Positions 40,423-51,478 of a stretch of 64,000 nt of DNA are shown in pieces. The first letter of the stretch is position 1. Each line of letters opens with the position of its first letter. This DNA comes from Barthelona sp. PCE. Lineage: Eukaryota. The stretch is from assembly GCA_040285745.1 (NCBI GenBank), contig JAUFOR010000001.1, forward strand, positions 434,001 through 498,000, written 5' to 3'. The position numbers and the translations under genes were made by a program. The notes under the pieces are model-generated. The model searched no databases and was not told where the DNA came from. It saw only the letters and a list, made by a program, of their open reading frames with translations.

Positions 40423-40884
40423 CTATTGGGTACGCTCAGTTAATAAGAGAGCAAATTCATCATATTCTAACTTTCCAGTTGATTCTTCGTCAAATTTGGA
40501 TACAAGACCATCAATATCAATCGCCAGGCCGTAGTCCTGCACAACACTGCGGAGTACATCAACGTTAACATGTCCTGTTTTGTCAGGATTGCCGCCACAG
40601 GCTGTGAAACTTTCAAGGGTGGCAAAGTCATCATCGGGGGTGTCAACACCCTTCAGTGCGGACACTATTGCAAGGAAGTTGCTCAGAGTGACTGTACCAG
40701 TTCCGTTATCGGAAATATGTTCGATAAGCTTAAAAAATGATTCTTCGTTTGTGGATTTGCCCAAATCGTTCAAGCAAGACCTCAGTTCCCACATGTTAAT
40801 GGTGGATGATGCGTTCCTGCTGTATTTTCTGAAGGTTTCAGTACTTCTAGCGAGTTCTTCCTGATTTAAGATTACTTCTGCCAT
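40423..40884 (-). CDS. EF-hand outer-arm dynein light chain LC4-like (calmodulin family)
   Basis: TINMWELR, TLESFTACGGNPDKTG, YGLAIDIDGL, GKLEYDEF resemble Chlamydomonas LC4. Confidence 0.8.
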   Translation of the reverse strand: MAEVILNQEELARSTETFRKYSRNASSTINMWELRSCLNDLGKSTNEESFFKLIEHISDNGTGTVTLSNFLAIVSALKGVDTPDDDFATLESFTACGGNPDKTGHVNVDVLRSVVQDYGLAIDIDGLVSKFDEESTGKLEYDEFALLLTERTQ

Positions 40885-41919
40885 TTTTATGATGCTTTTA
40901 GTGGATTACAGGGAAAATAAAAGCTGAAAACGTGTTTCAAAAGTCGTTCTCTGGGTGTAAATAAGTGGAATACACAAAACAATGTTGTAATCGTGCTTTG
41001 CGTTTGATACATGGGGATAGGCCATTTTGCACATAATAAAGGTCATGTACAAGACACATGACTTGAAATAAGAAGCTTTGATGTTTTCCAGCCACTATTA
41101 GATTTCTTCACTCTTTGAACTTGGGTAATCTTTTTTACTTTACTACTGTGTAAATAAGACTGGTTTAAACTGATGGCGAAGAATATAACCACATGGAAGT
41201 ATCATGGAAGTTTCTTTATAATATGTCATTTTATATACTTTCCCACTTGCTAATCCTCATAAATCTGTTAAATGTGGCTCTTTTTCCAAATATTGATGGT
41301 GAAAAACCTGAACATTAAATGCATGCTTCTCAAACTATTCAATAAAAAAAACTCCTCTCCTTTGATTACTATTCTGTTTTCAGGAGTCCGAATGCATACT
41401 CCTTGTTCTGACAACATAGCAAGACCATTATGAGCCAAACTCACCATTTAACATAGTAACAGTGTCATTCGCGCGTTTCAAAAATTGCTATTGTTCTTCT
41501 GTGTTAAGGTTGACGCACTGCTGCACAAGTACATCTGAGTGTTGAATTCCGCTCTCAATACTAAATGCATCTAAGCACGTCTTAATAAATTAATATTAAT
41601 TGTTTAAGGATATATAAGTGACACTTTTCAGGCATTGGTTTACATAAGAACACAGATCTGATGTGGAATTGCCAGCATACATATGTGAGTTTGTAAAGAG
41701 CGTTTAAAAATTCAATCTATGCTTTACAAGAACAAAATTGCTAATACTTTTCCAACCCTTTTCCATAACAGTTCTAAAACTTGTTTAAATATCTGAGTAG
41801 ACAATATGGGCAAAAAGAATGAATTCGTTAACAATATAAGATGAAGTTTAGAGGAAATATTAACGATGAAGAGGAATAACGATAAAATTTAACATAACAA
41901 TGTTGATTTAAACCTAATA

Positions 41920-42450
41920 ATGACTGAAATTTGTAATGAAATTACTATAAGAAACCCTAAAGATGAATTACATTTTAGTGCTTTAGACTTCTTTAAAGAA
42001 CATATTGACACGCTTGAGTCTCGCAAGGATGGGCAATTTTCGTTGCCTCAATCCGCCGTTTCCCCATTTGGCAAGTATTCAAGCAAACAAAATCAAATAG
42101 GCGTGATTTATGTAGATTCGAGTGATTTCAGTACAATATCTGATGATCTCAACTTTTTTGTAACCCAGGAAGCGAACATCAAGTAATTTGTTTGATATTA
42201 TAAAATCTGGATCCGATGATTATATACAACATTCTTTACTGGTTGAAAGTGATGATGAAAGTGGGTTTAAAGAATTTGATGGGGTATCATAGTTCACTTT
42301 CGTGTTTGGAGGATCCAATTTTACTATTACTTGAACAATTGAATAGTATTTTATCTTCATGTGTTTTGACAATAATTGCACACCATATTCGATTCGAGTA
42401 TATGTTGAAAATCCGTTTGACCTGTATCATTACCATTTGCAATAATAAAA
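41920..42450 (+). pseudogene. Decayed gene remnant
   Basis: An 88-aa ORF followed by protein-like text in a shifted frame (SDDYIQHSLLVESDDESGFKEFDGVS*FTFVF..) interrupted by stops, inside a ~2-kb gap atypical for this genome. Confidence 0.4.
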
Positions 42451-42992
42451 CTCGATGTAAACTCATTTGAATTTTTTCCTCCCTTTTACGTTTTTGCCAT
42501 TCAACATTTACCATTGTAGGTTGGAGGATTTTGCACCGGGGCTATGTTTGTTGAGATGACGCATTGATTTTAGCATTCCGCATCATTTTTTCATAAAAAT
42601 TTTTGTTTAAGAATTTACACAGTCTACGAAGTATGATCTATGATGGCAAGTTGATCTCATGTTGCCGAACTACACTTTTTTGTTCTTACAGTGTAAGCAC
42701 AAAGAAAAAAAGTTGGAAATGTTTTCACCACAAGTAAAGAGAGTTTGTTAATATCAACACCATATTCAATCTAACAGCAGTTTTTAGCTACTGTACAGCA
42801 ACCTCAACCATCTATATATTTTTAAATTGTTCATTCATTAATATCCCAAAGCAGTAATTCGTGTGTGAAAAACTCTTCCTTAATACGGCGTGTCCTGCCA
42901 TACACTGCGTGATGAGACTCTTCGTTCGATGGTGGGATTAATTAATGGGCATATTTAAATTTTAAACCTCATTTCGTATTTATTTACTCATA

Positions 42993-44366
42993 ATGAAGTT
43001 TACAATCAATCCGTTCAAGATGCCACTATGGGTACAGATGATTCTTGCCTTAGTTCTCAGTATTCCTCTGGGTATACTTTTGGGATCAGTTGTGAGTGAT
43101 GGAGGATTGGCTGATAACTTCGTATTCAGCGCTATCGATGGAGTTGGCCAGCTTTTCCTCTCTGCGCTTAAAATCAGTGTAGTTCCACTGGTTTTCCTTG
43201 GTATGATTCTTAGCGTCAAGTCCCTCCGAAGTGAAGAGAACAAGGGCCTTGCAGGCAAGTCTCTCATATTTTTCTTATCTGTTGTCTGTTATAGCGTCAC
43301 GGTCTGTGCCATTATCACCTACTTTTTGCATCCTGGTGTTGTCAGTGGCAAGGGTGTGCTGGCTGGTGTCGATCTCAGCGGCACAGGACAATTCACCCAG
43401 GGAACAACCAAGCTGAGTGTTGGTGGTTTCATCAAGTCGCTCATGGACCCTAATCTAGTTGGCGCTCTCTCTACCAACTCCAACTTACTGTCTCTGATGG
43501 TCTTTGCAATTGCATTCAGTATTATCTTGGGCCAAATTGATGACAAGCAATCGTCACGCACAATCATGTCGATAATCTCCGGTCTTTTCGACGTGTTCAT
43601 CCAGTTCATCAAGTACGTCATCGAATACGGCTCTTTCATTGGTGTTCTCTGTCTCATGATTAAGACCTTTGCTGACATCTGGCAGAAGTTCAACGGAGAA
43701 GCCATGGCTTCCTTCCTCGGAGGCATTCTCTGGCTGTACATCGCGTCATTCACATGTTACCTGGTCTTGGCTGGCTCCTACTTCGCCTTCCTCGCCATTA
43801 AAAAGAAGATTTCCTTCAAGAGATTTATGGGTGGTTCTTCTGCTTTCCTGACTGCTTTCTCGTCTGCCAGTTCGGCCGCAGCCATGCCAGTCAACATCCA
43901 GTGCCTTGTGGACCAAGGATACCCCGAGGAGTCGTCAACTGCCATCATTGTTGCTGCAGCTACGCTATCCAAGCCTGGTAGTGCTTCCTTCTTCTGCATT
44001 GCGTGCATTTGGGTCATTGAGGCAGTTGTAGGTCCTGATCAATTGACGTTAGCTTCCATCGCCACCCTTATCATCATCTCTGTTCTCTTCTCTTTCTCCA
44101 TTCCTTCCATCCCTATGGCCTCTTTGGTCATCATCGCGTCAGTGCTCTCGTCAATGGAAGGTACGTACGGCGGAACGGATGCCTTGGTCGCGGTTTTACC
44201 TCTTTTAATTTCAGTTGATGCACTTCTTGACAGAGGACGTACGACTATCAATTCTGTTTGTCAGTACAGCTCTGCTTTGTTGCTTGATAACCCTGAAACC
44301 ATTTCTGAGGTTACTTCTAATCATTTAATCAAGGAAAAGCCTTCAGGTAATGAAAACAAGTTGTAA
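42993..44366 (+). CDS. Dicarboxylate/amino acid:cation symporter (DAACS/SDF, GltPh/SLC1 homolog)
   Basis: GQLFLSALKISVVPLVF, PNLV, AFSSASSAAAMP (HP1), PSIP (HP2), SVDALLDRGRTTIN (TM8). Confidence 0.92.
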   Translation: MKFTINPFKMPLWVQMILALVLSIPLGILLGSVVSDGGLADNFVFSAIDGVGQLFLSALKISVVPLVFLGMILSVKSLRSEENKGLAGKSLIFFLSVVCYSVTVCAIITYFLHPGVVSGKGVLAGVDLSGTGQFTQGTTKLSVGGFIKSLMDPNLVGALSTNSNLLSLMVFAIAFSIILGQIDDKQSSRTIMSIISGLFDVFIQFIKYVIEYGSFIGVLCLMIKTFADIWQKFNGEAMASFLGGILWLYIASFTCYLVLAGSYFAFLAIKKKISFKRFMGGSSAFLTAFSSASSAAAMPVNIQCLVDQGYPEESSTAIIVAAATLSKPGSASFFCIACIWVIEAVVGPDQLTLASIATLIIISVLFSFSIPSIPMASLVIIASVLSSMEGTYGGTDALVAVLPLLISVDALLDRGRTTINSVCQYSSALLLDNPETISEVTSNHLIKEKPSGNENKL

Positions 44367-44491
44367 GCTTGTGGTTTTTAGTCATTATTGAATTATTAAT
44401 TGTAAATTGCATCGTATGTGTGCATGTTCTTGCATGTTTTTTCTTTGTTTGTGAATTGATTGACATTTTTCGTTTTTTCAACGATTTCAAC

Positions 44492-47400
44492 ATGGTGTTG
44501 CATGATTATGGTGCAGGTGTGCCCTCTGACACCACTGGGCATCAGGGAACGCTGTCCTCAAGCGAATCTGTGCTTGATAGCAGGACAATGTTAGATACAA
44601 GTGCTTCATTTACAACAATTGATATACCAACAACGCCCCGCTCCGTCGAAAACTCTTCTTCGCCTGAAATATTGCAAAGAGGTAACGAGCGAGCATTAGT
44701 TGGTCAAGGAATTTTGCGAGCCACAATTAAGGGTGTTTCCAATGGTGGAGGTATTGGCACTACGGTGTTACACACACTAAACCCGTTCATTGGTGCATAC
44801 ATTATCCAATTGCCATTTTTTCTTAAGTTTCTCGATATTAGATTGAATGGATTTGGCTCAAAGTTTGAAAGTTTACTGGGGTGGGTTGCACTGGCCATCG
44901 TTGGCGTCACAGAATGGTTTCAGCGCGTTGTTGACGAATATTCTTGGGCAGTTTCGGGTGTAAGTGCAGTCATGATGTTAATACTCGCCCTCTGGTTGCC
45001 GTTCGCACTACAAAGGCTGATCATGTTTGGTGCACGTCGTCGCAGCCTCTGGAGAGCACTTTTTTTCAACATTTTTTATTACACTCTACTGTTTTCACTG
45101 AGTCTTCTAGCCATGGTTTGGGACTTTGGCATCACAGTAACGTTTGAACATGGTTTTGTTGTTGAAGAAGCAAGTTTTTATGTCTTCTTAGTTACTTTAT
45201 ATGCATTTCTACCGTCGATAGTTGCAATTGTAGCATTTCCCGTGGATATCATGGGCGGTGGAGCCTGGATCTTCTTGAGGGCATTTGCCGGCCGTCTGAA
45301 ACGTGCTGCAATTACTCAATACAACATCTTCAAAAATCTTTTTCTCCCCAAAGAGCTTGGGCTCTGGAGATATGCCATTAACATCCCGCTTTATGTATTG
45401 TGTGCGTTCAATTTCATCATCATCCTTATTGTTGTTGAAATAGCCGCCATAGTACACATGTTGATTCTTTCAGTACCGATCGTCTTTGGAGCTTTCCCCA
45501 CTGGCCGGAAAAAGCTTATTTTTACAACAAGAAGTGGTCTTGGAGTTGTGGGAACAGTTCGTTTATGGCAATACCCGTGCTTAATTTCGCTTCCACTGGC
45601 AATATTTGCCAAACTGCTTCACTTCAGGTTACTTTATCTTCCCTATATCGTATTTGTGTTTTTCTTTGCATATGCATTTGTCCTGGAGGTGCACCATGTT
45701 GCCCTCGTCGCCCACGTGGATAGGAGAGAAGTTGGTGCGATAACAAGCTTCCAAAATGATGAGACAGTCCGGCTCGGAACAGAATCCGCCGTCCGCTCAC
45801 TGCTATGGTCTGTCATGCCAGGCGGTTCGATCGTGACGCTCTTATCACGTTGGTTGACCGCTCCCCCTCTACGTTACAGATCGGAGTCACCCTTGTGCGG
45901 TGTGAAGTACAACACCCGAGCATGGATGTTTGCATTCTGTAGTGCTTCGTGCTACCTGGCGGGTTTCTTCCTGATCGACTCTAGTTTATGGTTTATGGTG
46001 GGTTTTCTGCTTCTTATGTTCTTTTCAAGATTCATCTATTTCAGAAGGGATGCCGAGGATTCTGTACAGGTTCTCGACTATGACGTCGCGATAGATCATG
46101 CAGAAACTCTTGATCTCGCCATGAAATCACCAAGAAGACAGAGGAAAATTGTAAGAGCTCACAACGAAGCTTTCTGCCAAGAATACTACAAACGGTTCGT
46201 AAATTCCTTTAGCGTTCCGGAGTTCACCTTCATATCACCTGAAGACCCCGTTAATATTTCAAAAATCCATGCAGATATTGTGACCGTGTCTATTGAGATG
46301 AAGATGAGCAGAAATCATTCGTTTTTCAAAGAACTCTGTCGGGAATGGTACATAAAAACAGACAAGACCTCTGCGAAGACCATTTGTGCGTTTTTATGTG
46401 GACATGAGCCTGATGCAACTAATTTTTCACAGTATTTGTTGCAAATGGCTGGTATTGCTGACGTCAGTGTCGATTATGTGTTTTCTTATTTAGCAATGCT
46501 GCTTTCCACGGAGAAACTTAGCTCAGAAACGGTCTTGACGATGGCGGACTTTTCTAAAAGAGTCATTGAAACGAGCAGCTCACATATAATGATGGGGGAA
46601 CACCATGGCATCCCCGCCGCACTGCTGTCGGACAACACGTACATCCTCGCGGGTTTTGTGATCGGGCACGTCATGAACCGCTTGGATATTGAGAACTGCT
46701 GGGATATTGAGTTCAGAACCGCAGTTGAAAGAGATTTGTCCGTTCTCAAGATTTTGCGTGCATACCAAGGCGATGTGAACCCGATGCTCGGCCTCAGGCT
46801 CGGGTGGCGCAACTTCATCGGTAACATTAACAAACTAACAATGGAGTTTCCAAATATGAGGGAGATCATTATCAAGGATCATGAGAACGTAATGGTTGGG
46901 TGCGGGTGTCTGCTTTATCACTGGTCTCTGGTCGTTGGCATCTCCAAGAAGCTGACGGTCCCTTTCGTTTCTGTTCCTGCTTACTACTTCACAAGAAACA
47001 CATGCGTAGACAGAATGGTTAGTTCCTCTGCCACGCAGTGGGACGTTGCAGCGCGGGGTTATCTGAACGCGGTGTATCTGTGTAATGAAGTGCTCAAGAC
47101 CGGCTACTTCAGTGAGTACACAACGCGTGCTCTTCTTCTTCGTGTGATAACCCCAGGAAGTTTCGTTGGATATGCAGCACCCGCCATAGTTCTGCTGTAC
47201 CTGAAGCAGGACCTGTATACGGATGTTAGCGATTTTGATGCAAGAATGAAATTTTCAGGAATTGGGCAGTGGATTTTGAGGAACTACGTTGATTCTACGC
47301 CCCATGGCACTTTCCTGCATCCTACCGTGTGTCTTTCGACCTCACGTCTCGCAGGTTACTTAGTTGAAGGAACTGATGACATATCATCGCTACGTACTGC

Positions 47401-47545
47401 CTCGGAGAACATGTTGTGGACGCCTCGCGCTGATGAACTCGATCCTACCGCTTCAGCCTTGACTGACCACATGGATGACATGATATCGTGCATCGCTCTG
47501 GGCCAAAGCAATGCAAGAATGCCTACTTTGGCAGAAAAGAAATAG
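44492..47545 (+). CDS. Hypothetical polytopic membrane protein with large C-terminal soluble domain
   Basis: ATG at 44492; many hydrophobic segments in the first half; no family recognised. Confidence 0.75.
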   Translation: MVLHDYGAGVPSDTTGHQGTLSSSESVLDSRTMLDTSASFTTIDIPTTPRSVENSSSPEILQRGNERALVGQGILRATIKGVSNGGGIGTTVLHTLNPFIGAYIIQLPFFLKFLDIRLNGFGSKFESLLGWVALAIVGVTEWFQRVVDEYSWAVSGVSAVMMLILALWLPFALQRLIMFGARRRSLWRALFFNIFYYTLLFSLSLLAMVWDFGITVTFEHGFVVEEASFYVFLVTLYAFLPSIVAIVAFPVDIMGGGAWIFLRAFAGRLKRAAITQYNIFKNLFLPKELGLWRYAINIPLYVLCAFNFIIILIVVEIAAIVHMLILSVPIVFGAFPTGRKKLIFTTRSGLGVVGTVRLWQYPCLISLPLAIFAKLLHFRLLYLPYIVFVFFFAYAFVLEVHHVALVAHVDRREVGAITSFQNDETVRLGTESAVRSLLWSVMPGGSIVTLLSRWLTAPPLRYRSESPLCGVKYNTRAWMFAFCSASCYLAGFFLIDSSLWFMVGFLLLMFFSRFIYFRRDAEDSVQVLDYDVAIDHAETLDLAMKSPRRQRKIVRAHNEAFCQEYYKRFVNSFSVPEFTFISPEDPVNISKIHADIVTVSIEMKMSRNHSFFKELCREWYIKTDKTSAKTICAFLCGHEPDATNFSQYLLQMAGIADVSVDYVFSYLAMLLSTEKLSSETVLTMADFSKRVIETSSSHIMMGEHHGIPAALLSDNTYILAGFVIGHVMNRLDIENCWDIEFRTAVERDLSVLKILRAYQGDVNPMLGLRLGWRNFIGNINKLTMEFPNMREIIIKDHENVMVGCGCLLYHWSLVVGISKKLTVPFVSVPAYYFTRNTCVDRMVSSSATQWDVAARGYLNAVYLCNEVLKTGYFSEYTTRALLLRVITPGSFVGYAAPAIVLLYLKQDLYTDVSDFDARMKFSGIGQWILRNYVDSTPHGTFLHPTVCLSTSRLAGYLVEGTDDISSLRTASENMLWTPRADELDPTASALTDHMDDMISCIALGQSNARMPTLAEKK

Positions 47546-47547
47546 TT

Positions 47548-49113
47548 TTACTGTTTACTATCACAAAACATCATACAATATTTTGTGTATGTGGCAATGG
47601 CCTGTCGTAGCTTTTTTGGCTCCAGTGTGTTCATGAGACCATTTAAGATTTGTTTATCTTTATCAAATATTTGTTCATCAAAAACTTTCTTAAATCCACC
47701 GCTCTCTTTCATTTCCTCTTCTGTCAGCTCCTTGGTATATCTATAGAACAGCATGCACGTCTTCAGGAGTGATCTCCTTTGCCTTGCATTCAGCCGATCA
47801 TCGTTGCCATAATTTAGCTGATCAAAAGGATAAGCAAAAGAGTGCGCAGACAATGAAATTGCGTTTAAGTTCAATCTACTTATCTCTTCGATTGAAGATG
47901 TCATTAATTTCACGTTATTTGTTAATAAAAATTCCATATATTCGTTAAAAAAAGGGAGAAAAGGTTGGAAAATCTTCTTAACAATAACTGGTTTCTCCTT
48001 CTCAGAAAACCCCATGCTCGACTCGAGAGATGCCTCAATGGGCACATCAGATGATAAGGGCTTCGGTTTAACTTTCAATATTGGTGTTTCCAGAGACATA
48101 GGCGCAAATTGTGTTAAGTCATGATGTGTAACACTTTTGGGCGTCAGCTGATCTGGCAACTGCGTGATGGAACTCTCTATGTTCCTCAATAGCTCCTTGA
48201 TACCATTAACTGACTGCCCTAGCGCAGATATCTGTCCGATTTGCTTTTCGCTCTTGTGCTGTAGCTTCTCCATGTCGGTCCTCAATTTTTCCACATTTTT
48301 TTCCTTTGACTTTAGCTGCTGTAGCTCCTTATGCAGTTCGCGCAACTCCTTAACATGTGAAGGAGGTGGTGGTTTATGGGTAATCACATCCAATGCCTGC
48401 TGGATGATTGTCAACGAGTCTGTCACCGTGCTCATCTTTGTATTGCTCTCGTCTATAAAAGTCTCCATGTGCGTCTCAAATTGACCTGACTCTACATCTT
48501 CTTCGATCACCTCTTCCATTTTCCTGTTCGGAGCTAATTCTGTGTACACTGTTTCGAAAACAAAATCTCGATCGGATAGCATCTTCGGCTTTATCTTTTT
48601 TGAGTTCTTGAGAGAGGAGAAACGTCCAGCCTCAAACAAGACTTCGAAACTCGGAATTCTCAAACACTTGTAATGCTTGAAAATAAACCTTCCTTCCTCC
48701 TCCCAGTACAAGGCAATATCTGCAGGTGCAAACATGTTTAGGTACGGGAAGAGCAGAATCACCGAGAGAACATCGTTGGCTTTGTCTAATCCGCAATTTT
48801 CAACGATTTTCGTGGCTACCTCAGTGCATTTGGAAAGATACAGGCGCGGTATGCTGAAGTTCTCCCATGTGAAACTCTTGAAAGGAGCTATACGTCGAAC
48901 ACGAACGCACTCGAAAATGTACAACGGCGTTACAGCAATCTCACAATACTTCCTTGCGGATTTTCTTGACGGTTTCTTTGTATAAATGCCAAAATCAGCT
49001 ATCTCTCCGGGTTCTGCAAAAACACCACCGAATTTTGGTATAAAGGTTAGAAAAAGTTCCTCTACCGTTTTCTCCGTCACCTTAAGGAAGAATGAGAGCC
49101 CTACAAAGAACAT
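47548..49113 (-). CDS. Hypothetical protein with N-terminal BRCT-like domain and central coiled coil
   Basis: FVGLSFFL..FIPKFGG..VTPLYIFECV pattern fits a BRCT fold. Confidence 0.6.
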   Translation of the reverse strand: MFFVGLSFFLKVTEKTVEELFLTFIPKFGGVFAEPGEIADFGIYTKKPSRKSARKYCEIAVTPLYIFECVRVRRIAPFKSFTWENFSIPRLYLSKCTEVATKIVENCGLDKANDVLSVILLFPYLNMFAPADIALYWEEEGRFIFKHYKCLRIPSFEVLFEAGRFSSLKNSKKIKPKMLSDRDFVFETVYTELAPNRKMEEVIEEDVESGQFETHMETFIDESNTKMSTVTDSLTIIQQALDVITHKPPPPSHVKELRELHKELQQLKSKEKNVEKLRTDMEKLQHKSEKQIGQISALGQSVNGIKELLRNIESSITQLPDQLTPKSVTHHDLTQFAPMSLETPILKVKPKPLSSDVPIEASLESSMGFSEKEKPVIVKKIFQPFLPFFNEYMEFLLTNNVKLMTSSIEEISRLNLNAISLSAHSFAYPFDQLNYGNDDRLNARQRRSLLKTCMLFYRYTKELTEEEMKESGGFKKVFDEQIFDKDKQILNGLMNTLEPKKLRQAIATYTKYCMMFCDSKQ

Positions 49114-49183
49114 GTCAAGTGAATGAAGATGAGAAATGGAAAACGACTGAGCTTAATCGTTATTGCTTTTATACCCTACTACT

Positions 49184-49756
49184 ATGCAAGAAGCGACAGA
49201 CTTACATTGTGCTTTGGCGTTCAAGACTCTTATTGACTCATTTAAGACCAATGGAATCACCCAGTTTCAATCCGACGTAGATTTCGGGGAAGGTGGTCTA
49301 TTTGTTACCTGGAAGAAGAAGGGTCGTGATGGAACGTACGGTCTCAGGGGGTGTATTGGCTGTTTTAACACACTACCCTTAAAAGAAGGCATTGTTCAGT
49401 ATGCTATTGTTGCCGGAAAAGAAGATCCTCGATTTCCACCAATGAAGGAACGAGAGGTGGCTGATCTCCAGGTTGGCATCAGTATATTGTCTAATTTTAC
49501 TGAACAGGATGACATCCATGACTTTGAAATTGGAAAACATGGAGTAATACTCAAGGACACATCAAATGGCCGTAGCTCAACGTTCCTACCGGAGGTGATG
49601 CCAGAGCAAGAATGGAACATCGAAGATACGCTCAAGGCACTGCTTAGAAAGCAGGGGAATTTCAGACCTAATTTTGACGCTCTACAGCTGACGACTTATG
49701 AAACAAGCAAACGGGACATGACATATGAAGAATACCAGGCTTTTTTAACTGAATAA
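49184..49756 (+). CDS. AMMECR1: AMMECR1-domain protein
   Basis: LFVTW, LRGCIG, DPRFPP, GKHG, STFLPEV, LLRK. Confidence 0.93.
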   Translation: MQEATDLHCALAFKTLIDSFKTNGITQFQSDVDFGEGGLFVTWKKKGRDGTYGLRGCIGCFNTLPLKEGIVQYAIVAGKEDPRFPPMKEREVADLQVGISILSNFTEQDDIHDFEIGKHGVILKDTSNGRSSTFLPEVMPEQEWNIEDTLKALLRKQGNFRPNFDALQLTTYETSKRDMTYEEYQAFLTE

Positions 49757-51073
49757 ATGCGTGTGGATAAACAGTAACTCTTCCTCATCAAATGACTCTT
49801 TATCACGAAGAGATGCAACAATACCAGCACCGTTTGTGGCCGTCAGCAGGCGCTCCACAAAGATATCGGGGTCAACAGCAACGATAGGGTTGTCACGTAT
49901 GCTTCCAATAAACTTGGTCAGCTCCTGCGCGGTTTTGTCTCCAGTTTTGATGCTTGGGATTGTTTCTGGGAGGATCAGCTCGCCCAGACGGCGTCGTAGG
50001 CTGTCTGAAACGCTCTCCAACAGCGAGAAATCATACCGTTCGGAATTGACAAACAAAATTTTGGGGTTCAAGAATGATTTGGTATTCTGGCTAACGAAAA
50101 AGATCGGGAAGAACAGAAACAGGGGCGTGAATGTGTTAAATCCAACTGGCATGTTGAACATTCCATATTCACAAATATTTTTTAAATTATCCAAAAGACC
50201 GCTCGTTTCCTCATCTAATTTTTGCTCACGGAGCGTGAAGTCGGTCATATAAACGGCTGCATCGGCCGGTAATTGTATCAATCCCGGTTTCCAACCGTCA
50301 AAGCTAAAGGAAGGAAGCATATTCTTGCGTAGACCATCGAAAAAATCAATTTGCAGTGTCGTGCTGTATATGGAGTCGATAAAGCTCTTCAACAAAGCGA
50401 AATCATTAGCATTCATGTTGGAAAAACCAACTCGGCATATACCCTTAACAGAATTATTCTTCTTGATATAATGAGGACGAGACGCGATGTTTAGCACAAG
50501 AGGGAGTGCGAGATCACCGATTATCTCATAGAGATCATCTAGCAAGGTTGTATCAACGCATGAAGGTATTTTCGTATGGTGCAAAACATGCAAAGCAACG
50601 TTTTTCTCTTCATCAACAACCAAAATGCCCTGTAAGTGTGCTGTGCTGTGCAGCATGGGGCGTTCACCATAAAAAATAAGCTCGATACGATCTTGGTCAA
50701 AAACTTCTCCAGAACTCCCCTCTATATGTTGCTTTCCATTAAAAATAACACCAACTGAGCTGCTCATATCACCGTATTTGACCACGTGACCGTTTAAATG
50801 CAGATTTGTGTCAAAAATTTGTGTGAAATAACTACCATTCTCATCGATACATTGATATGGGAATATCTTATTCTCAGAGGCGTTCTCTGCGATGAAAAAC
50901 AACCCTTCAACACACCACAAATGAGTCTGAGACTCAATTTCATTCCTCATCTCAAGACTGTAAGGATCAAATTCGTTTAAGGCCCCATATATACTGTCAA
51001 CTGTGTCCTGAACGCCCCTAAAATCCTCTTCTGCCCTAGGACAATAATCTTGAAGTGCTTGAAAAGGGATCAT
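49745..51073 (-). CDS. MCMBP: Divergent MCM complex-binding protein
   Basis: GDLALPLVLNI, GLIQLPADAAVYMTDFTLREQKLD (cf. human GLLQLPSNTSLVIDETLLEQGQLD), IFFVS..KSFL. Confidence 0.7.
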   Translation of the reverse strand: MIPFQALQDYCPRAEEDFRGVQDTVDSIYGALNEFDPYSLEMRNEIESQTHLWCVEGLFFIAENASENKIFPYQCIDENGSYFTQIFDTNLHLNGHVVKYGDMSSSVGVIFNGKQHIEGSSGEVFDQDRIELIFYGERPMLHSTAHLQGILVVDEEKNVALHVLHHTKIPSCVDTTLLDDLYEIIGDLALPLVLNIASRPHYIKKNNSVKGICRVGFSNMNANDFALLKSFIDSIYSTTLQIDFFDGLRKNMLPSFSFDGWKPGLIQLPADAAVYMTDFTLREQKLDEETSGLLDNLKNICEYGMFNMPVGFNTFTPLFLFFPIFFVSQNTKSFLNPKILFVNSERYDFSLLESVSDSLRRRLGELILPETIPSIKTGDKTAQELTKFIGSIRDNPIVAVDPDIFVERLLTATNGAGIVASLRDKESFDEEELLFIHTHLFS

Positions 51074-51478
51074 TTTTTCAAATAATTGAACCTATTTCAA
51101 TTCCCTACTAATTTCACATGCGAATCTGATGTCACTGTTATACCAAGCACTTTTCATATCTGAAAGTACGATAGTGGTTGCTGAATTAACTTTTTTTTTG
51201 TTTGTTGTGAGAACTCCATAATAAGACCTTAGTAATTACTGGGTGTATGTTTCTGTTTAAAAAAGAGAGTGTTACAACTTTATGCAGCCTAATCTTATGG
51301 AGTATGATTATTCTATGGAATAATCCTTTGAACAACTATTTCAACTTTTACAGTCATGTTGCAGGGTAAACATTGTACTAACTTTCTCTTGCAAGTCCCA
51401 CATTGTAAAAATGCAGAACAAAAACTTGGTATTTCGTTTTTTGTATATTTTAACACATCATAGCTATTCAATAGTCGT

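Noticed and set aside
49745-51073. C9orf72-like assignment (NLHLNGH, CVD)
   Set aside because: MCM-BP motifs give a longer colinear match.
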